In this document: in pieces, positions 1-14,380 of the stretch
Numbering within the stretch: position 1 is the first letter of the stretch
Layout: each line of letters starts with the position of its first letter
From: Heterostelium pallidum
Taxonomy: Eukaryota
Length of the DNA: 64,000 nt
Assembly (NCBI RefSeq): GCF_000004825.1
Contig: NW_008805072.1
Location: 620,435-684,434 of the forward strand
Direction of reading: 5' to 3'
Program-made: the position numbers and the translations under genes
Notes under the pieces: model-generated
Told to the model about the DNA's origin: nothing
The model's input: the letters and a program-made list of their open reading frames with translations, nothing else
Database searches by the model: none

Positions 1-2446
1 CGGTAACAGGATTTGGTGCTTCTGCAGCATCAAAGCAAAATCAAGAGTTCTTATTGAAGATCTTGATCTTATCATTAATCTATGTTTTAGGTAAATTTTA
101 GAAATCAATTTCAACTCCAACCCGATTGAATCAGTCATTCACCCATTTTCATTTAGTCTATGTGGAATGATCGATAAAATTCGAATCCAAATACATACAT
201 TGTATGAAACAGATTATTAATAATATTCTCTCTTATTTGTAAATTATTATTATTATGATATTATAAACAGCTTTTTCAACACGTTTATTCTCTGTATTAC
301 GTTATGAATCTGTAATTCATGAGTTTGATCCGTAAGTATTATAGTTGGCAACCATAGTTTGATAATAGTGTAGAATTGGAGAGTTAACTAACAAATTACA
401 CACAACTTGGATAATTTAATAGATATTTCAATTTCCGTTCAACCAAATATTTGGTAGCAGAAGGATTCTATAACTTTTTAAATTGGTTCGATGAGAGATC
501 ATGGTATCCATTGGGTCGTATCGTTGGTGGTACCATCTATCCAGGTTTGATGGCAACTGCCGCTGCTGTTCACTGGGTTTTGAACTCACTCAATCTCACT
601 GTCAACATTAGAAACGTTTGTGTTTTGCTCTCCCCATGGTTCGCCTCGAACACCGCCATGGTTACCTACAAGTTTGCCAAGGAGATTAAGGACACCGAAA
701 CTGGTTTGGTCGCCGCCGCCATGATTGCCATCGTTCCAGGTTACATCTCTCGTTCCGTCGCTGGTTCATTCGATAATGAAGGTATTGCTATTTTCGCATT
801 GATCTTCACCTATTACTGTTGGGTTAAATCCGTCAACACCGGTAGTTTGTTCTGGGCTGCCATTTGTTCACTCGCCTACTTCTACATGTAACTATCTCTC
901 TCTATTATCACAGTTTATTCTCTATTTTTTTTTTTGCTGGCACTAATACTAATCATGATTAATTTTTAAATAATATAGGGCAAGTGCATGGGGTGGTTAT
1001 GTATTCATTATTAATTTGATTCCATTACATGTTTTGGCATTGTTGTTGACTGGAAGATACTCACATCGTTTGTATGTTGCCTATTCAACATTGTTTGTCA
1101 TTGGTACTATTCTTTCGATGCAAATCAATTTCATTGGATTCCAACCAGTTCAATCGTCTGAACATATGGCTGCCATTGGTGTTTTCGGATTGTTGCAATT
1201 GTTCTCTGGTCTCAACTGGGTCAAGTCACATCTTTCCACTGAGGCATTTGCCCGTCTCCAACGTTTGACCATCATGACTGTCTTCTCTGTTGCCTTTGGT
1301 GTCTTTGTCATCGGTACCATCACTGGTTACATTTCACCATGGACCGGTCGTTTCTACTCACTTTTGGATCCAACCTACGCTCGTGACAACATCCCAATTA
1401 TTGCCTCTGTATCTGAGCATCAGCCAACCACCTGGGCATCGTACTTCTTCGATCTCCACATCTTGGTATTCTTGTTCCCAGCCGGTCTCTACTTCTGTTT
1501 CTCCAAGTTGACCGACGCCAACATCTTCTTGATCCTCTACGGTATCACCTCGATCTACTTCTCTGGTGTTATGGTTCGTTTGATGCTCGTTTTGGCACCG
1601 GTTGCCTGTGTCTTGGCTGCCGTCGCCATCTCATCGACCCTCCAAACCTACACTCGTAAACTCAAGGAGCCAACCCCCACTGGAAATGCCAATGCCAACG
1701 ACAACTCCAAGGAATCCAGCTATGTCATGATCGGTGTCATCACTGTTCTCCTCGTTCTCTACGCATTCCACTGTACCTGGGTCACCTCTGAGGCCTACTC
1801 TTCACCATCGATCGTTCTCTCTGCCAAGCAAAACGACGGTTCCCGTATTATTTTCGACGATTTCCGTGAGGCCTATCGTTGGATCGGTCAAAACACCCCA
1901 GATGATGCACGTATCATGTCATGGTGGGATTATGGTTATCAGTTGTCTGCGATGGCCAATCGTACTGTACTGGTCGACAACAACACCTGGAACAACTCAC
2001 ACATTGCCCAGGTCGGTAAGGCATTCGCATCTTCCGAAGAAGACGCCTACAAACTCATGAAGGAGCTCGACGTAGACTATGTTTTGGTTATCTTTGGTGG
2101 TTTAACTGGTTACTCCTCCGACGATATCAACAAGTTCCTCTGGATGGTCCGTATCGGTGGTTCCACCGACCCATCGATCAAGGAGGCTGACTATCTTGCC
2201 AACGGACACTACCGTATCGACAAGGGTGCCTCACCAAAGATGCTCAACACATTGATGTACAAGCTTTGCTACTACCGTTTCTCTGAGATCAACACTGACT
2301 ATGGTAAACCATCCGGTTACGATCGTGTCAGAAACGTTGAGATCGGTTACAAGAACTTCCAACTTACCTATCTCGAAGAAGCTTTCACTTCACTCCATTG
2401 GTTGGTTCGTGTATACAAGGTTAAAGATTTGGAAAACAGAGCTTAA
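1..2446 (+). CDS. stt3: Oligosaccharyltransferase catalytic subunit STT3 (5'-partial gene; exons <=1..90, 271..341, 423..887, 979..2446)
   Basis: Collinear with eukaryotic STT3 (e.g. human STT3A) over the whole length. Matches include ..[53 protein letters not shown], the WWDYGYQ catalytic motif and the C-terminal [15 protein letters not shown]. Track ORFs 451..891 and 1016..2446 are exons 3 and 4. Introns 91-270 (gtaaat..ag), 342-422 (gtaagt..ag) and 888-978 (gtaact..ag) each restore the STT3 frame. The start codon lies upstream of the window. Confidence 0.95.
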
Positions 2447-2655
2447 AAAAAGGAATAATAATATCTCTAAAATATATTTCCAAATTGGATTTTATATAAA
2501 ATCAATCAAATCAAAAAAAAAAAAAAAAAGATATTAATAAATATATAAGTGTCATAATAACAATAACAAAAGTTATATATTTTCATTATTTTATTAATTC
2601 ATCTTTTTGGTATGGAGGTTAATTACTTTTGGGAATAATAAATTTTATAGGTTGT

Positions 2656-4022
2656 TTAATCAGAATACAAGAATGTATGGTCATCCGATGTCATACAATA
2701 TTGTTCACACTTGACCATTGGAATACTAAATTCTTGACTGCTACCCAATAACATATTGGGTACATTGTTGTTATTGTTGTTTGGAACTTGGTTGTTGTAC
2801 AAATTTACACCGCAGACAAGATTGGGTATTTGAGACATCGTTGACTTTGTTTGTTCATCTTCAGAGGTGGGAATTTGAGGGTCGTTCGTCTTTTGTTTGG
2901 ATAATCGGTATCGGATACCACAGGCATTACATAGAGTTTTGGCACCTTGGGGTCCACGTCTCCACTCCGGTGTATCGGTGGTTTTGCAATTCACACAGAC
3001 TCTGTTTTGTGAACTGGATTTCTTGGTCTTTTTATTTTGTGCTTTGATCAAGTTCTCAGTTAAGTTTATATAGGTTGGAGAGTTTCTAGGGTTGGAACTA
3101 GAGGGACTACTTTTCGATTTGGTTTTAGTTTTTGGAGTGGTATGAACACTGGCACCATCTTTAATAGTTTCAGAGCAAGGATGGTCATTCATCTGATAGT
3201 TATAATCATGGGGATTGGAAATGGTTGCACCATTGGGAGATTGAGAATAATGATAGTTTTGTTGAGTATAATTTGAATATTTCTTTTTTTCAATAATCGA
3301 CTTTAGTGAATTAATTTCAAATTGTGCACCAGCACTATATCCCATTAGCAAATCCATTTCCTCATCTGTAATATATGGATTTGAGTAAACAATCTTGGTC
3401 ATATTAAATAATTGAGTAGATAGTTGAAGAATCTTTAAAAAAAAAAAATTTATTAAAATTTGTATTTTATTATTTTTAAATATATGTATTAACTTACTTT
3501 ACAATAATGATTTGATACTGACATCTTTTCTTGATCATTCATATATTGATAATAACATATATTATTTTCAGAATAGTTTAATTGTTGTTGATCTGATTGT
3601 GATTGATTTGGTGTATTTTGATGATATTGAGAATTTGGATTCATTTGTTGAATATTCTGAGAAGGAATAATTATTGGAGAGTTGGATCTTGAAGTTAAAA
3701 TAGTAGGAGTTGGAACAGAATGAACAACTGGAACAATTTGATGGTTTTGTTGAGATGAATAATATTTACTTGAAAAAGGTAGATCCTCTGATACAATTTG
3801 TAAATTCTGAGAATCTTTTAATTCGGAGTCCAAAATCTTTTCCATATGCTCATTGAAAAATGATTGTGCATCGGGATCGATTTGTTTAGAGTTGGATTCA
3901 TAATGAATTCCAACATTATTATAATCCTCAAAGATCTTTGAAGAAAGTGCAAATGGTGGAATCGATTGTGTTGGACTATGAGAGTTTGATTGATAATAAT
4001 AATTATCACTTGATTGATTCAT
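2656..4022 (-). CDS. GATA-type zinc-finger transcription factor (exons 3498..4022 and 2656..3432, putative 65-nt intron 3433..3497)
   Basis: One GATA finger, [35 protein letters not shown] (C-x2-C-x18-C-x2-C, plant/fungal-type spacing), followed by a basic tail. The upstream N/Q/S-rich ORF 3489..4022 ends in AAA|GTAAGT. A ttaaag acceptor at 3433-3434 joins it in phase 0 to the ORF 2656..3402 (reads ..[15 protein letters not shown]). The intron join is inferred. Confidence 0.75.
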
Positions 4023-4951
4023 TTTTTATTATTCTTATTATAGATTAAATAATATTTTGTTTTAATAAAAATACAAATTTTAAAATTTTTAAATAAAATT
4101 ACAAAAAATAAATAAATTTTTATATACTATTTTAAATTAATATTTATAAGAAACTATCTTTTTTTTTATTATTTAAATTTATAAATACATAGATTGTAAA
4201 ATGATAAATAATTCATAAAATGATTAGATATTTCAAGTCGTTTCACACCACCAAAAGTCAGAATGATTCATGTTCACTATCTAAATTGAATTTCATTGCA
4301 AGTGAAGAGAAAAGATGATAAACTTTACATATTTTTTATCTCTATTAAAAATTAAATATATCACCCCATCATTGTCATAAAAAAAAAAGACATTGCAATC
4401 CACATAAAAATAAAATCAACAATGAAATATTTTTTTTCTGTATTTTTTGTTTACCACAGAGAAAATTCATTAATTATATAAATTTTTAAAAATTTTATTT
4501 TTCAAATATTTTTTTCTTTTCATTTTATTATATTATAATAATAGAATAGTTTTATAAAATTTATTGATTTCTCTTATTATTAAAATAATATTTTTTAATA
4601 AGATTTAATTTTTTTTTTTGTGCTTTGTTTTTTTTAAAAAAAAATAAAATTCCAGATCTGAAAAAAATAATTTAAAGTCCACAAGATCTGAGGAAAACTA
4701 AATAATTTTTTAAAAAATAGTTTTTAATTATTTTTTCATTCTTAGAGATGAAATTGTTACTGAAGTGTTGGCCGGGTTGGCTCTTTCAAGAAAGAACCTA
4801 CAATTTCGTATCTCTAAGAAATCTTAAGAGATTTATTGAGAAATAGGTTTTTTGTAAAGTTTTTTTCCTCTTACAATTTTTTTTATTATTGAATAAAGAA
4901 ATACTTTGTTAAAAATAAAATAATAATAATACAAATAAATATAAATTAATT

Positions 4952-7100
4952 ATGAAAACAATTAAAATTATAGTATCAATACTATTGTTATTAATCATAT
5001 CATTAGTTTCTGTAAATGGACAAGATTATTGTGAATATTTGAAACAATCTTTGATGTTTTACAAAGCGAATAGAGCTGGAAGATTACCGGATAGCGATAT
5101 TCCATGGCGTGGCAACTCAGTGCTGGGTGACTCTAGTGGTGGTAAAAATGCAGATGGAGATGGTGATCTGTCCAAAGGTTATTTTGATGCTGGAGATGGT
5201 GTTAAATTTCTATTTCCTATGTCATTTTCAATGACAATGCTATCACTTGGTTTCTTAGAAGCACAAGCTAACATCCAATCCTGTGGACAAACTCAACTCT
5301 ACCTAGATACCATTAAATGGGGTACAGACTTCATTATGGCATGTCATACCTCTGACAATACATTCGTTGCTCAAGTGGCAGATGGAAATACGGATCACTC
5401 ATTCTGGGGACCACCTGAAATGATCAACATGGCGCGTCCAGTCTTCACTTTGAATACCAACAAACCTGGAACCGACGTTGTTATGGAGGCTGCCTCCGCA
5501 TTGGCCTCTGCCTCAATTATCTGGAAAGGAATAGATTCAAGCTATTCATCGAGCTGTCTGAGTCATGCAGCCAAACTCTACAGCTTTGGAATGAACTACC
5601 AAGGAAAGTACTCAGATAGCATTCCAGAGGCAGACAGCTTCTACCATTCAAGCAACTACAAGGATGAAATTGTTTGGGGTTCGATTTGGATGTATAAAGC
5701 AACTGGATCTGCTTCCTACCTGGCCACTGCAGAACAGTACTACGCCAACTATGGATTGAACTATTGGGGAAATCCACCTTTGAGTTGGGATAACAAAGCA
5801 CCGGGTTGCTCGCTACTGCTCTACCAGCTAACCTCTAAGGATATCTACAAGAGTGGAATGGAAGACAATCTCAATAGTTGGTTACCTGGTGGCAGTATTA
5901 AGTACACTGGAACGAATGGACTGGCTTTCTATGACAAATGGGGACCGTGTAGGTATGCTGCTAGCGCTGCATTCGTAGCCAGTGTATATGGTGGTGATAA
6001 ATATGTAAACTTTGCCAAATCACAACTCGGTTATATTTTGGGTGACAATCCCAATGGTCAGTCGTTCGTTGTCGGTATGGGACCAAAGATGCCAATCAAT
6101 CCTCATCATCGTGCAGCACACGGTTCCACAACAAACGACATCAACAACCCAGTCAACAACAAACACATACTAACTGGTGCTCTAGTAGGAGGTCCCGATG
6201 AGAATGGAGCATACACAGACGACCGTACCAATTATATAACAAATGAAGTTGCAACCGATTATAACGCAGGTTTTGTTGGTTTATTATCAATGTTTAGTAA
6301 AGGTATGTTTATATTAAAAAATAACTATTGATAAAATTAATAATTAATCATTTAATATTAGGATCTATGCCACCAACGACAACAGGTAATACACCATCAC
6401 CTTCACCTTCACAACCATCACCTTCACCATCACCTTCAGAACCATCACCTTCACCATCGCCCTCACAACCATCACCTTCACCATCACCTTCACAGCCTTC
6501 ACCTTCACCATCGCCCTCACAACCATCACCATCACCTTCTACACCTTCTGCCCCAATTCCACCAGCCACTAATCAACCAACAACAACATCACCAAAAGAA
6601 ACATCTGTTCCTGAAGTCAGTACTTCCTCTACTCCAATAGGTATATTTTGGTTAACACATATTAAATTTCATTTATTTTCGATTGAATTTACTATCATAA
6701 TGATTTACTATATCTATGATATTTATAAATATATAATGAATGCACATACTTACATATTTGAATTATTTATTTATTTGTAAATATAGATACAACAACAGAT
6801 AAACCGACAGAACCAACAACATCTAGCACAACAGCAACATCTACATCTACATCTACATCTACATCCACAGGAACATCAACATCAACATCAACATCTACAG
6901 CAACATCGACACCAGAAACAACGAGCAATACAACCAGTTCACCTTCACTTACAACTTCGAGTGCTACAAGTTCGCCAACGACACTATCAACAACAGATGA
7001 GGGTACAACCACCGACGGAACAACAACAACACAAGATAAGATATCATGGTTTATAGTTGCTCTATTTATTATGACCTCTACATTTATATTACTTAATTAA
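4952..7100 (+). CDS. Glycoside hydrolase family 9 endoglucanase (cellulase) with Ser/Pro/Thr-rich linker and C-terminal hydrophobic tail (exons 4952..6302, 6362..6640, 6787..7100)
   Basis: N-terminal signal peptide (MKTIKIIVSILLLLIISLVSVNG). GH9 catalytic-domain motifs are present (GYFDAGDGVKF, ..HHRAAHGST.., ..DDRTNYITNEVATDYNAGF). Introns gtatgt..ag (6303-6361) and gtatat..ag (6641-6786) join the catalytic domain in frame to a (PSPSPSQ)n linker, then a T/S-rich tract, ending ..QDKISWFIVALFIMTSTFILLN*. Track ORF 6328..6780 and the antisense ORFs 6348..6569 and 6767..7012 are explained by this gene. Confidence 0.9.
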
Positions 7101-7409
7101 ATAAATAAATAAAATTTAAAATAAAAATGTTTTGCAAAAACAATAGCAGCATTCCGGATTCAATTTAAACATGCAAAAAAAATTCTTGAAAATCATTCTC
7201 GAGCTTTAACAAAAGATTCAAGAATGAAACCCAAATTTTTTCAAATCTAAATTAAAACTTTTTTTATTTTGTAACCATTTTGAATAATTATTTAAACTCA
7301 AATTTAGGATAATGTAATTCATTCGTTAATTTTAAAATATACATACACTTTATATTAGTAATAAAAGTACATACACATTCAAATAATTATTTTCATACTT
7401 GATAAAAAA

Positions 7410-8522
7410 ATGACTTCAAGAATTGTTTCAAAGATAGCAAATGGTATTGCAACATCTGACGGTGCAGGTGTGAAGTTAAAGAGAATCATTGGTGGTTCTA
7501 TTGCATCACTGTAAGTATATTTATAGATAGCCATATTAAATATATTAACAATTAAAAATTAATATTCTAGCGATCCATTCTTAATGTTGGATGAATTTAG
7601 GAATGATAATCCAAATGATTATATGGCTGGTTTTCCTGAGCGTAAGTTTTAATAAATTCATTCCTATTTTCATTTTATTTATTAATATTTCATTTCTATA
7701 GACCCTCATCGTGGATTCGAAACAGTTACATATATGATTGAAGGTTCATTCGAACATAAAGATAATAAGGGTAATCGTGGACTTCTTACACCTGGAAGTG
7801 TACAGTGGATGACTGCCGGTCGTGGTATAGTACACTCTGAGATGCCAAAGCAAGATAAAGGATTAGTTTTTGGTTATCAGTTGTGGGTTAACGTAAGTAA
7901 AGGATATTATTATATAAAATAACAATTTGTAATATTAATAAATTACCAAAAGTTACCTGCAAAAGATAAAATGATAGAACCAAGATATCAAGATATTCCA
8001 CCATCCAAGATCCCAGTTGTCAAAGAGGTCAATGGAAATCAAATCAAAGTAATTGCTGGTAACTATAAACAAACCAGAGGTCCTGTAGATGGCATCGTTA
8101 CAGACCCACTTTACCTCGATGTTACCATCGCTTCAGCACAATCATTTGTCGAAGAGATTCCAACTGAACACACATCATTCGCCTATGTATTTGAAGGAAG
8201 TGGTTTCTTTGGTCCAAAAGGAAATATGAAGAAAGTGGAAAAAGGTCAAATCGCAATTTTAGATGCAAGTGGTGGTAAAACTCAAATTGAGGTCACCTCT
8301 GACGGTGGTTGTCGTTTCCTTTTGGTGGCCGGCAAGCCAATCAAAGAAAGAGTGGTTCAACATGGTCCTTTGTATGTATTATAACACAAATTATAAATCA
8401 AATAATATCATATCAACAACAATTTATTAACATAACCTTTTACAATTGAAATTAATAGTGTAATGAACTCTGAAGAAGAAATTAAACAAGCTTTCATGGA
8501 TTATAGAATGGGAAGATTTTAA
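7410..8522 (+). CDS. Pirin (cupin superfamily; exons 7410..7510, 7571..7641, 7702..7892, 7953..8371, 8459..8522)
   Basis: Spliced product is collinear with human pirin. Matches include [58 protein letters not shown] (metal-binding cupin core), GYQLWVN|[16 protein letters not shown] and the C-terminal VVQHGPF|[20 protein letters not shown]. All four introns are canonical (gtaagt/gtatgt..ag). Confidence 0.9.
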
Positions 8523-9438
8523 AAGAAATATCAACTTTCTTTAATTCTAATTAATAAAAATTGTATAATAATATAACTTTACTTATTGATAAATATTCGA
8601 CTAAGCTCAATTTCAATAAAATTTAATGTAGCTACTATGATATTCAAAGATTTTTATCTTTTATGTTTATATAGATTTCTTTAACATCTTGAATATTACT
8701 ACCAGATGTGCGATCGTTAATATGATTCGAAACATTAGTCTACCTATTTAAGAAAACAATTTTTTTTATTGTCTTGAATGTCACATGTGACTTGCGTGAT
8801 CATATAAACAGAATAAGAGATTTATCAAACATTTTAATATTAAATCAACAATTCAAAAGTGATCACAAAACATATATGAACAGTTACAACACTCTAAGAA
8901 AATTGATTTTGAAGATAAGGAAAACTCTAGATTCGTATTGAATCAATCTTGACAAAAAATAGCAAAATTCAATACACAAACAAACTACAAGGTATCCCTT
9001 ATATTTTCTAAATAAAATAATTAAAAGTTGTATATATTCCTCAATTCAAGTAACTCTTCAGACATTTAGAATCTATTCTCACTGTGTTGGTATGAATCGT
9101 GATTGATAACTTTCTATTTATTATTTTGTTGGATTTAAAGATTTACAGTTCAATAAAAGTTAACTTTTAGCTCTTCAATTGTGTTAAAAAAATTATATTT
9201 CTACATTAAGAATATTTGTTAGTTTAGATTCAACTTCTTTTTCATTTTATTTTAAATGACTCTCTCTGCTCTCTTCACTCTGCTATCCTCACTCTACCTT
9301 CTATCTACTCTCTCTCTTTCTCTCTTCTCTTCCCTTCTATTATTACTCCAATGTTACCTTCTTGTGTTTTGATGATTTTAAAAATATTTTAAAAAAAATG
9401 CATTCGAATCGAGTATGCGCCGCGATAGTAGATGGAGT

Positions 9439-9675
9439 TTAAGCACCAAGTTGGAAACAATCAGCGAAAGCTCTTCCAGCATGTTTATTCTCGGCGTGTT
9501 GTCTTAACTCTGGTTCTTTGGTGGTACACAAGAATGAAGCTCTGCAAACGTTGCACATGATGCTCTTGGCAGCTTCATTTGTTTTCAATTGACTCTTTCC
9601 CTTTGATTCACCAGCGGCTTTCTTGAGATTTCTCTCTCTCTTTTGTTGAGCACGAGCACCGTTTCCAGAAGGCAT
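9439..9675 (-). CDS. ZNF706 / 4F5-domain-like small basic protein with single C2H2-like zinc finger (78 aa)
   Basis: MPSGNGARAQQKRERNLKKAAGESKGKSQLK..CNVCRASFLCTTKEPELRQHAENKH aligns with the vertebrate ZNF706 pattern (MARGQQKIQSQQKN..KK..C.VCR........F.QH.E.KH). It has a true ATG and reads as a single exon. Confidence 0.65.
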   Translation of the reverse strand: MPSGNGARAQQKRERNLKKAAGESKGKSQLKTNEAAKSIMCNVCRASFLCTTKEPELRQHAENKHAGRAFADCFQLGA

Positions 9676-10913
9676 TATTACTTTTCTTTTTCTTTTATTA
9701 TTACTATTATAAAATCAAATATAAATAATGTAATAAAACAGTGAAATAAATATATAAATAAATATATTCAAAAATAGTACTGTGTGATTAATATAAAAAA
9801 TAAAGTACGTTACGATGGATTATTTTTGTGTTAATTGAAAAAACTTCTCAATCAAACAAAATTGATAAAAAAAAAAAACAAAATATTTATTTTAAAAAAT
9901 AAATAAAAAAAATTGAAATTCCTAAGAATTTGTGAGTTTTGAAGGGTATTCAATTAAATAGATCAACAGTTTATCCATAATTATACACACTTTAATATCT
10001 TAGATTTAATTAGTTCAATAACTCTTTACATTGATTCAAAAAAAAAAAAAAAAAAACATCTTTAATAATTAGAATCTTTATTTAATTTTTTTAATATTCA
10101 CAACTTTTTTTTTTTTTTTTTTAAAAGTTACTTGAAAAAAAAAAGTTTGATTTATAATAACAATAAAAGCTCACTGTGAAATTTATAGTTATAATTTGTA
10201 AATACTTTCTTGATTAATAGTTTATTATTAATTAAACAAGTAGTACTTTATTATTTGTTTCTATCTCTCACAGATTTGTTTTGTTTGTTCATGATGATAC
10301 AAAAGATGAAATCGTTCCAAAGGACCTCCTTTGTTGGAGGACCTTTGATCCTTTATGATTATGAATGATTAATAATCTTCTCTCTGACTTTAAACAAACA
10401 AACAAATCGAATCAATCAAATAATTAAACCAACAACAGGAAATTACAATAAATATACATTTTCTTTTAAATCATATAACTAGCTAGATCTTTTTTATTTA
10501 TTTCAACAACTAGAAGAAACACTTGTCTTCTTTTTTTTTTTTAAATAAATGTTTATTTACAAAGTATACATATATATTCATTTTTATTTGATAAAGTTGT
10601 ATTGATTTGTGATAAATATCATTGGTTATATATATTGAAAGTATAGCGCTATTATTTAGTTGTTGTTGTTATAATGCTATATTTCTTTTACTACAAGGAA
10701 TGGATTACATTCTGCAGAGTAATTAATATTTACATGAGAGAAAATCTTTTTAAGGACACTCTCTTTTTGGTAATCTAAATGTGATGTTATAGTTGCTCTA
10801 ACATCTACATTCTCAATCATATTTACATAATATTGTGTTTCTACGGTAATAATTAAAATAAAAATAATAATTTTGTAAGTAAATCATCGTTCTTTAAGAA
10901 ACCATGTATGTGG

Positions 10914-13900
10914 TTATGTATAAAACATACTCTTGTTTGAATATTCTTGGTGTTTTTGTTTTGGTGATACTCTTGATGACATTAGGATCTCTCTTGAATT
11001 CTTTATACCCGATTTAATATATTCCTCTGGTTGTTCATTGATTACTTTACTATTAATCAATGATTCTGTGATGTTGTTGGGGCTATTGGTTATTGTAGAG
11101 GTTGTAGTAGTTGTCGCTACTGTTGATTTATCTGATTCTATCATCTCTACATTATCATTATTATTGTTGTTACTTGAAAGTTTATCTAATTGATGATCTT
11201 GTCTTGAAAATACACCTTCACCAAATACAGAGCTGAATGAATGTACTTCTTCTTTGTTGATACGAATCGGTGCGAATCCAGCTGATAGATAGTTTCTTTC
11301 ATCTGGCATACTGTTGGATTCGTAGCAGTATTGCAATAGTATGTCGTCTGGTGAGTAGCAATTCACTAGTCTGCCTGATACGATCTTTCTAATCTTGACC
11401 CAAGTCGTGAGATTACTGGGCACAGGAGCACCGATAAATACTACATTCTCAATCATACCGTATGCCTTCTTGGCAATCAGCTCCAACAAACAAAAGTATA
11501 TCAAACTACTGCCCATGGAGACACCCACCAGTGTTATTGGTCGCTTTCCAAAACGAGCGGATGACAGTATTTCATCTGCCAAAACTTGGCCTGCCTTTTG
11601 TGCACTCTCCTTCACCGTTCCCCAGCATGTCTTTATAAGTGATGCCGCTTCCAAGATAGTGGCACTCGGCAAGATAGCATCGTGTAGCATTCTCGAAGTG
11701 AACTTGGCAAATGTACTGTTATCCTCTACCTGTTTCTTGTAGTTCTTTAGAGATTCATAGAGTTGATTGAGTAGCTTTGTCTCCCATGCAACGGTGTAGA
11801 CTTCGCCGAGACAGTTGACACCGGATGTCAGACTCTGTTCCCATAGTGTCATGTCCTCCTTACCGGAATCAGCTGGATTCTCAATCCATCCTAATGCACC
11901 GATTACCACATGCAATCCGAATGTCTCGTTTACCTTTTTGATGGTGAGTTCCTCAATGCCCGAAGTATGTTTCTTGACGTGCTCGGCAGTGATGGTGGCA
12001 CCGGCTGCACCAAACAACAGTGATGTCAGAGCGGATCCACTTATTCCCGCTGCCGACAAAGCAGAGAGTACCGCTGTTGCACCAATCAAGTGGAGTGCGG
12101 CACCAATCACAGGGGCGGCAACCAGTCCTCCTATGGCCAACAACGTTCCACCAGTGAGAGCAGCAATTCCAATCTTGAATCCACGATAGTTGGAAGTGGT
12201 TCGCTCAAAGAGATTCTTGATGGTGCTAGACTTGTTGTTGGACACAGAGTCGACAAGCGTCTTACCGATGACACCCTCCATGACGATCAACACTAGCTCA
12301 CCTTCCACAGGATTCAACTTGGTTGCGAAACGCATCAGACCCGAACGAATCCTAGAATCATAACCATTAGAAATAGCCAAGTTTACAACGGTTGAAAGTA
12401 TTTCCATGCCTTTCTCTTGAATCTCTTTGTGAATGGGTTCATCTTCAATGTTATTGTAGATAGCCGATTGTTGATCTCCCCCATTATCACTACCTTCACC
12501 GTTGGATTCTCTAACAGTTGAGTCATTCATCAAGGATTCAATCGATTCTATTGATTTTGTCAAAGACGGATAGTTATCCAACTTGAATGATATAGTACTG
12601 TTGGTTCTAACCAAAGTCTCACCAACCATACTGCCATCTTCATCTCTTGGTGAAACAACACCACTGCTACTAACACTCAAACTATTGATCTGAGATTGTG
12701 ATAACATCTCATGGAATTTGTTTGTAATAAATGTCATAGCAGATGACAATGTTACGAAATAATATGCTGCCTCCGACAATAGTAAATCTTGAGATCTAAA
12801 TATTTCAATATATCTAATAGTAATAATAATAATTGTGATTGTTAGGAAAACTTCATGAAGTTTAATAGTTATATATTGGGTATTGATTTGATACTTACTT
12901 GATATTGGAATAGAGATAGGCAGGATTTGTTTGAATGACTACATAGACTAAACAATTGATAAACTCGTCGGCACCGAATGACTTTCCAGATTCTTTAAGT
13001 CCCTGTGAGATGATACGAGAGAATCTGAGAAGACACATGATCTTGTCTCTCGGCGTTTGATAGAGATTGATGTGTGAGAGTTCAACGATGGCAGACTCCC
13101 ATTTGATGTTCTTCAAATGCACTGGATCCAACTCCAGGAAATCCTTTGGTTTTACTTTAAGGAAATTGATAGCATATTTAATTTCATTGTCTTTTTCTTT
13201 ATTAATTGGACAGATTCTATTATTATTGTTTATTGTTTTCATCAATCAATTAGTTACAAACTAGATAATCTTTCTAAAAAATAAATACATACAAGTCAAA
13301 TAATCTTATTAAAATGATTGATTCAACAGACTCAATGATTCTGTTTCTATCCTCTTTCCTCCAGTCTAGATATATATTATTTACAAACTTTGAGAGCTGC
13401 ATTTGAAACTGTTGACCTTTATCTACAATGAATGTTTCAAAGTCATCCTCAAAGTCACTATTCAGATATTCTCTAATCTCTCTTTCCAAATTATAAGAAT
13501 ATCTAATTAAACGAAAATTGAGAGTAAGTACTATATTGATTTGTAGCAATACAACAACACAACACTTACAATTTAATTTCCGATAATATCTTGGCGGTAG
13601 ATTCATTTGAACTTAATCTTTTCAAGAATGTATTATTATAGATTTCAGTGTAGTTTGCTGTAGGATCATCTATCTTACTACCAATATGACTGATGCTAAT
13701 GTTACTATTGATAATACTACCATTTTCATTGATTTCATTGATTTTACTTAGACTACTGATGATGTTGTTGTTATTGTTGCTGCTGCTGTCAATGGCAATG
13801 TCATAGTGTGATCTATAGTTACAGAGTGGATGTGATTCAAATAGTTGATTGATTTGGTAGTTTGTTAGGTGATAGTGATCGAATACACTCGATAGGAAGT

Positions 13901-14335
13901 TACCAACGGGTGCACACTTTGTATCACGCTCCGAATAGCACCACAGTAGGAGTGATGCAATTACCTCGCCCAACGAAGATCTCTCCTCGGTTGGTGCAGC
14001 TGCTTTTGTAATACTACCATCACTGTTCTGTAAATATTCAAGTGGTTGTTGTTCATCATCATCATAGTCATCAAAATCATCATAATCGTCTGTTGTTCTC
14101 GTAAAATTTACAGCATCATTCATCTCTACACTAACAAAACCACTTCCTCTTTTAGTTCTACCACCATCACCTCTAAAATTAATAATTGGACTATTTCTAT
14201 TCATTCTATTACTAGCACTGCTATTATTCTTGGTAAAAAGATATCTATTTAATATACTATTGTTGTTTTTGCTTTTACTGTTTTTATTGTTTGCACTATT
14301 ACTATTAATATTCATATTGTTATTATTGCTATTAC

Positions 14336-14380
<45 letters not shown>

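Noticed and set aside
6348-7012. Track ORFs 6348..6569(-) and 6767..7012(-) encoding (EGDG)n and (VD)n repeats
   Set aside because: They are antisense mirror images of the cellulase PSPSPS and TSTSTS linker codons. The sense frame is supported by splicing into a GH9 domain.
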